DNA of 32,000 nt, from assembly GCA_025340205.1 (NCBI GenBank), contig CP006868.1, forward strand, positions 1,470,001 through 1,502,000. The letters run 5' to 3'. A program made the translations under genes and the position numbers. Shown here piece by piece: positions 31,346-32,000 of the stretch. Every line of letters begins with the position of its first letter. Position 1 is the first letter of the stretch. Under the pieces are notes generated by a model, which was given only the letters and a program-made list of their open reading frames with translations, had not been told where the DNA came from and made no database searches. The DNA comes from Ignicoccus pacificus DSM 13166 (GTDB lineage: Archaea > Thermoproteota > Thermoprotei_A > Sulfolobales > Ignicoccaceae).

Positions 31346-32000
31346 TCATTGCCTCCCCAGGGCTCCGGAGAGCACTTGGGTTATCCTAGCTAGCTCCGGT
31401 CCGGTGGTCTGCTCCCCTACTAAGGCTCCCTTGTTGTTAGCGACTACTCCCATCTTCACGTAGGGAACTCCGTAGTTCACCGTTCCCACGTCTACCGGGA
31501 CCTTGAACTTTTGACTTAGCTCCTCAGCCTCCTCGTCGCTCACCTCTGGGTGCACCAGACCTCCCTTGTCGTTGAACACGGCAGCGGATCCGACGGTGGG
31601 TATCTTAGCTATGGTCCCGGTTTCTGCGGGAACTCCCAAAGCGTTGGATATGGTCTTCTTCAAGCCCTCCATTTCAGGGTGGAGCAAGGCGTAGTGGTCG
31701 TTCGTTAGAACCACGTTCCCTAAAGCGGTAAGCCTCCCCGGTATCACGTGAACCGGGAGGTCTACCTCCTTCTTCAGCTTCTCTATCTCATATTCCTTAG
31801 CTATCGAAGGAACCAGTATAGCGTGGTTGTTACCAGCTATGAACAGACCTAACAAGGAGCTGTCTACTATCTTCATCTCGATTACTCTTACCCTCAAGGT
31901 CTCCTCTACAGTCTTCACTACCTTTTCGGTCTGTCCGGGAGGGATTAGAGCGAAGTCATCGTTGGCGAAGATGTAAACCCCTATGTTGGGGTTCCCAAAA
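31346..32000 (-). CDS. eif6: Translation initiation factor 6 (aIF6), N-terminus beyond the right edge
   Basis: The track ORF starts at an internal GTG. The frame stays open to the window edge, and my translation of 31919..31999 gives FGNPNIGVYIFANDDFALIPPGQTEKVV, the typical aIF6 N-terminal repeat. The downstream repeats (GNVVLTNDHYALLHPE, GSAAVFNDKGGLVHPE, GVVANNKGALVGEQTTGPEL) fit the pentein fold. Confidence 0.88.
   Translation of the reverse strand, partial: FGNPNIGVYIFANDDFALIPPGQTEKVVKTVEETLRVRVIEMKIVDSSLLGLFIAGNNHAILVPSIAKEYEIEKLKKEVDLPVHVIPGRLTALGNVVLTNDHYALLHPEMEGLKKTISNALGVPAETGTIAKIPTVGSAAVFNDKGGLVHPEVSDEEAEELSQKFKVPVDVGTVNYGVPYVKMGVVANNKGALVGEQTTGPELARITQVLSGALGRQ

Noticed and set aside
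1-32000. Search for CRISPR arrays, IS elements, integrases, toxin-antitoxin pairs or other defence modules
   Set aside because: Reading both strands, I saw no regularly spaced direct repeats, no transposase, integrase or Cas-like ORFs, and no long terminal inverted repeats. The nucleases present (XPF, DUF151, DHH, DUF99) sit in housekeeping contexts, so I did not call them defence genes.

Overview
Compact archaeal chromosomal core region. Gene content looks Thermoproteota/Crenarchaeota-like: split RNA polymerase A'/A'', TFS, Orc1/Cdc6, short-form XPF, pelota, aIF6, KEOPS Pcc1, prefoldin and intron-containing tRNAs. I count about 42 protein genes (two run off the window edges) and 2 tRNAs. Intergenic spacers are very short and many gene junctions overlap by 1-20 nt. 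For at least a dozen genes the first available start codon is GTG or TTG. I found no CRISPR array, rRNA, transposase/integrase or obvious defence island, so the window is mostly information-processing housekeeping. Five things deserve a second look. (1) A 512-aa single polypeptide fuses a membrane-anchored thioredoxin, a CXXCH cytochrome-c-like module and a CcdA/DsbD thiol-transfer domain. (2) Two paralogous radical-SAM/SPASM enzymes are present, one with an unexplained 130-aa N-terminal extension and one paired with an ArsB/NhaD-type permease. (3) Conserved synteny is broken: rpoA1 sits divergent from orc1/cdc6 instead of following rpoB, and an antisense DUF151-type nuclease gene is wedged between rps12 and rps7. 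(4) In a nine-gene overlapping array, a CBS protein and a Cys-rich 270-aa unknown are translationally coupled in front of rpl37ae-Brix-pcc1-pfdB, the slot usually held by exosome genes. (5) Start-codon anomalies occur at cdc6 and rpl30e, where conserved-looking N-termini lie upstream of any canonical start. All functional calls come from motif recognition by eye; no database search or structure prediction was run, so none of the hunt items is shown to be novel.
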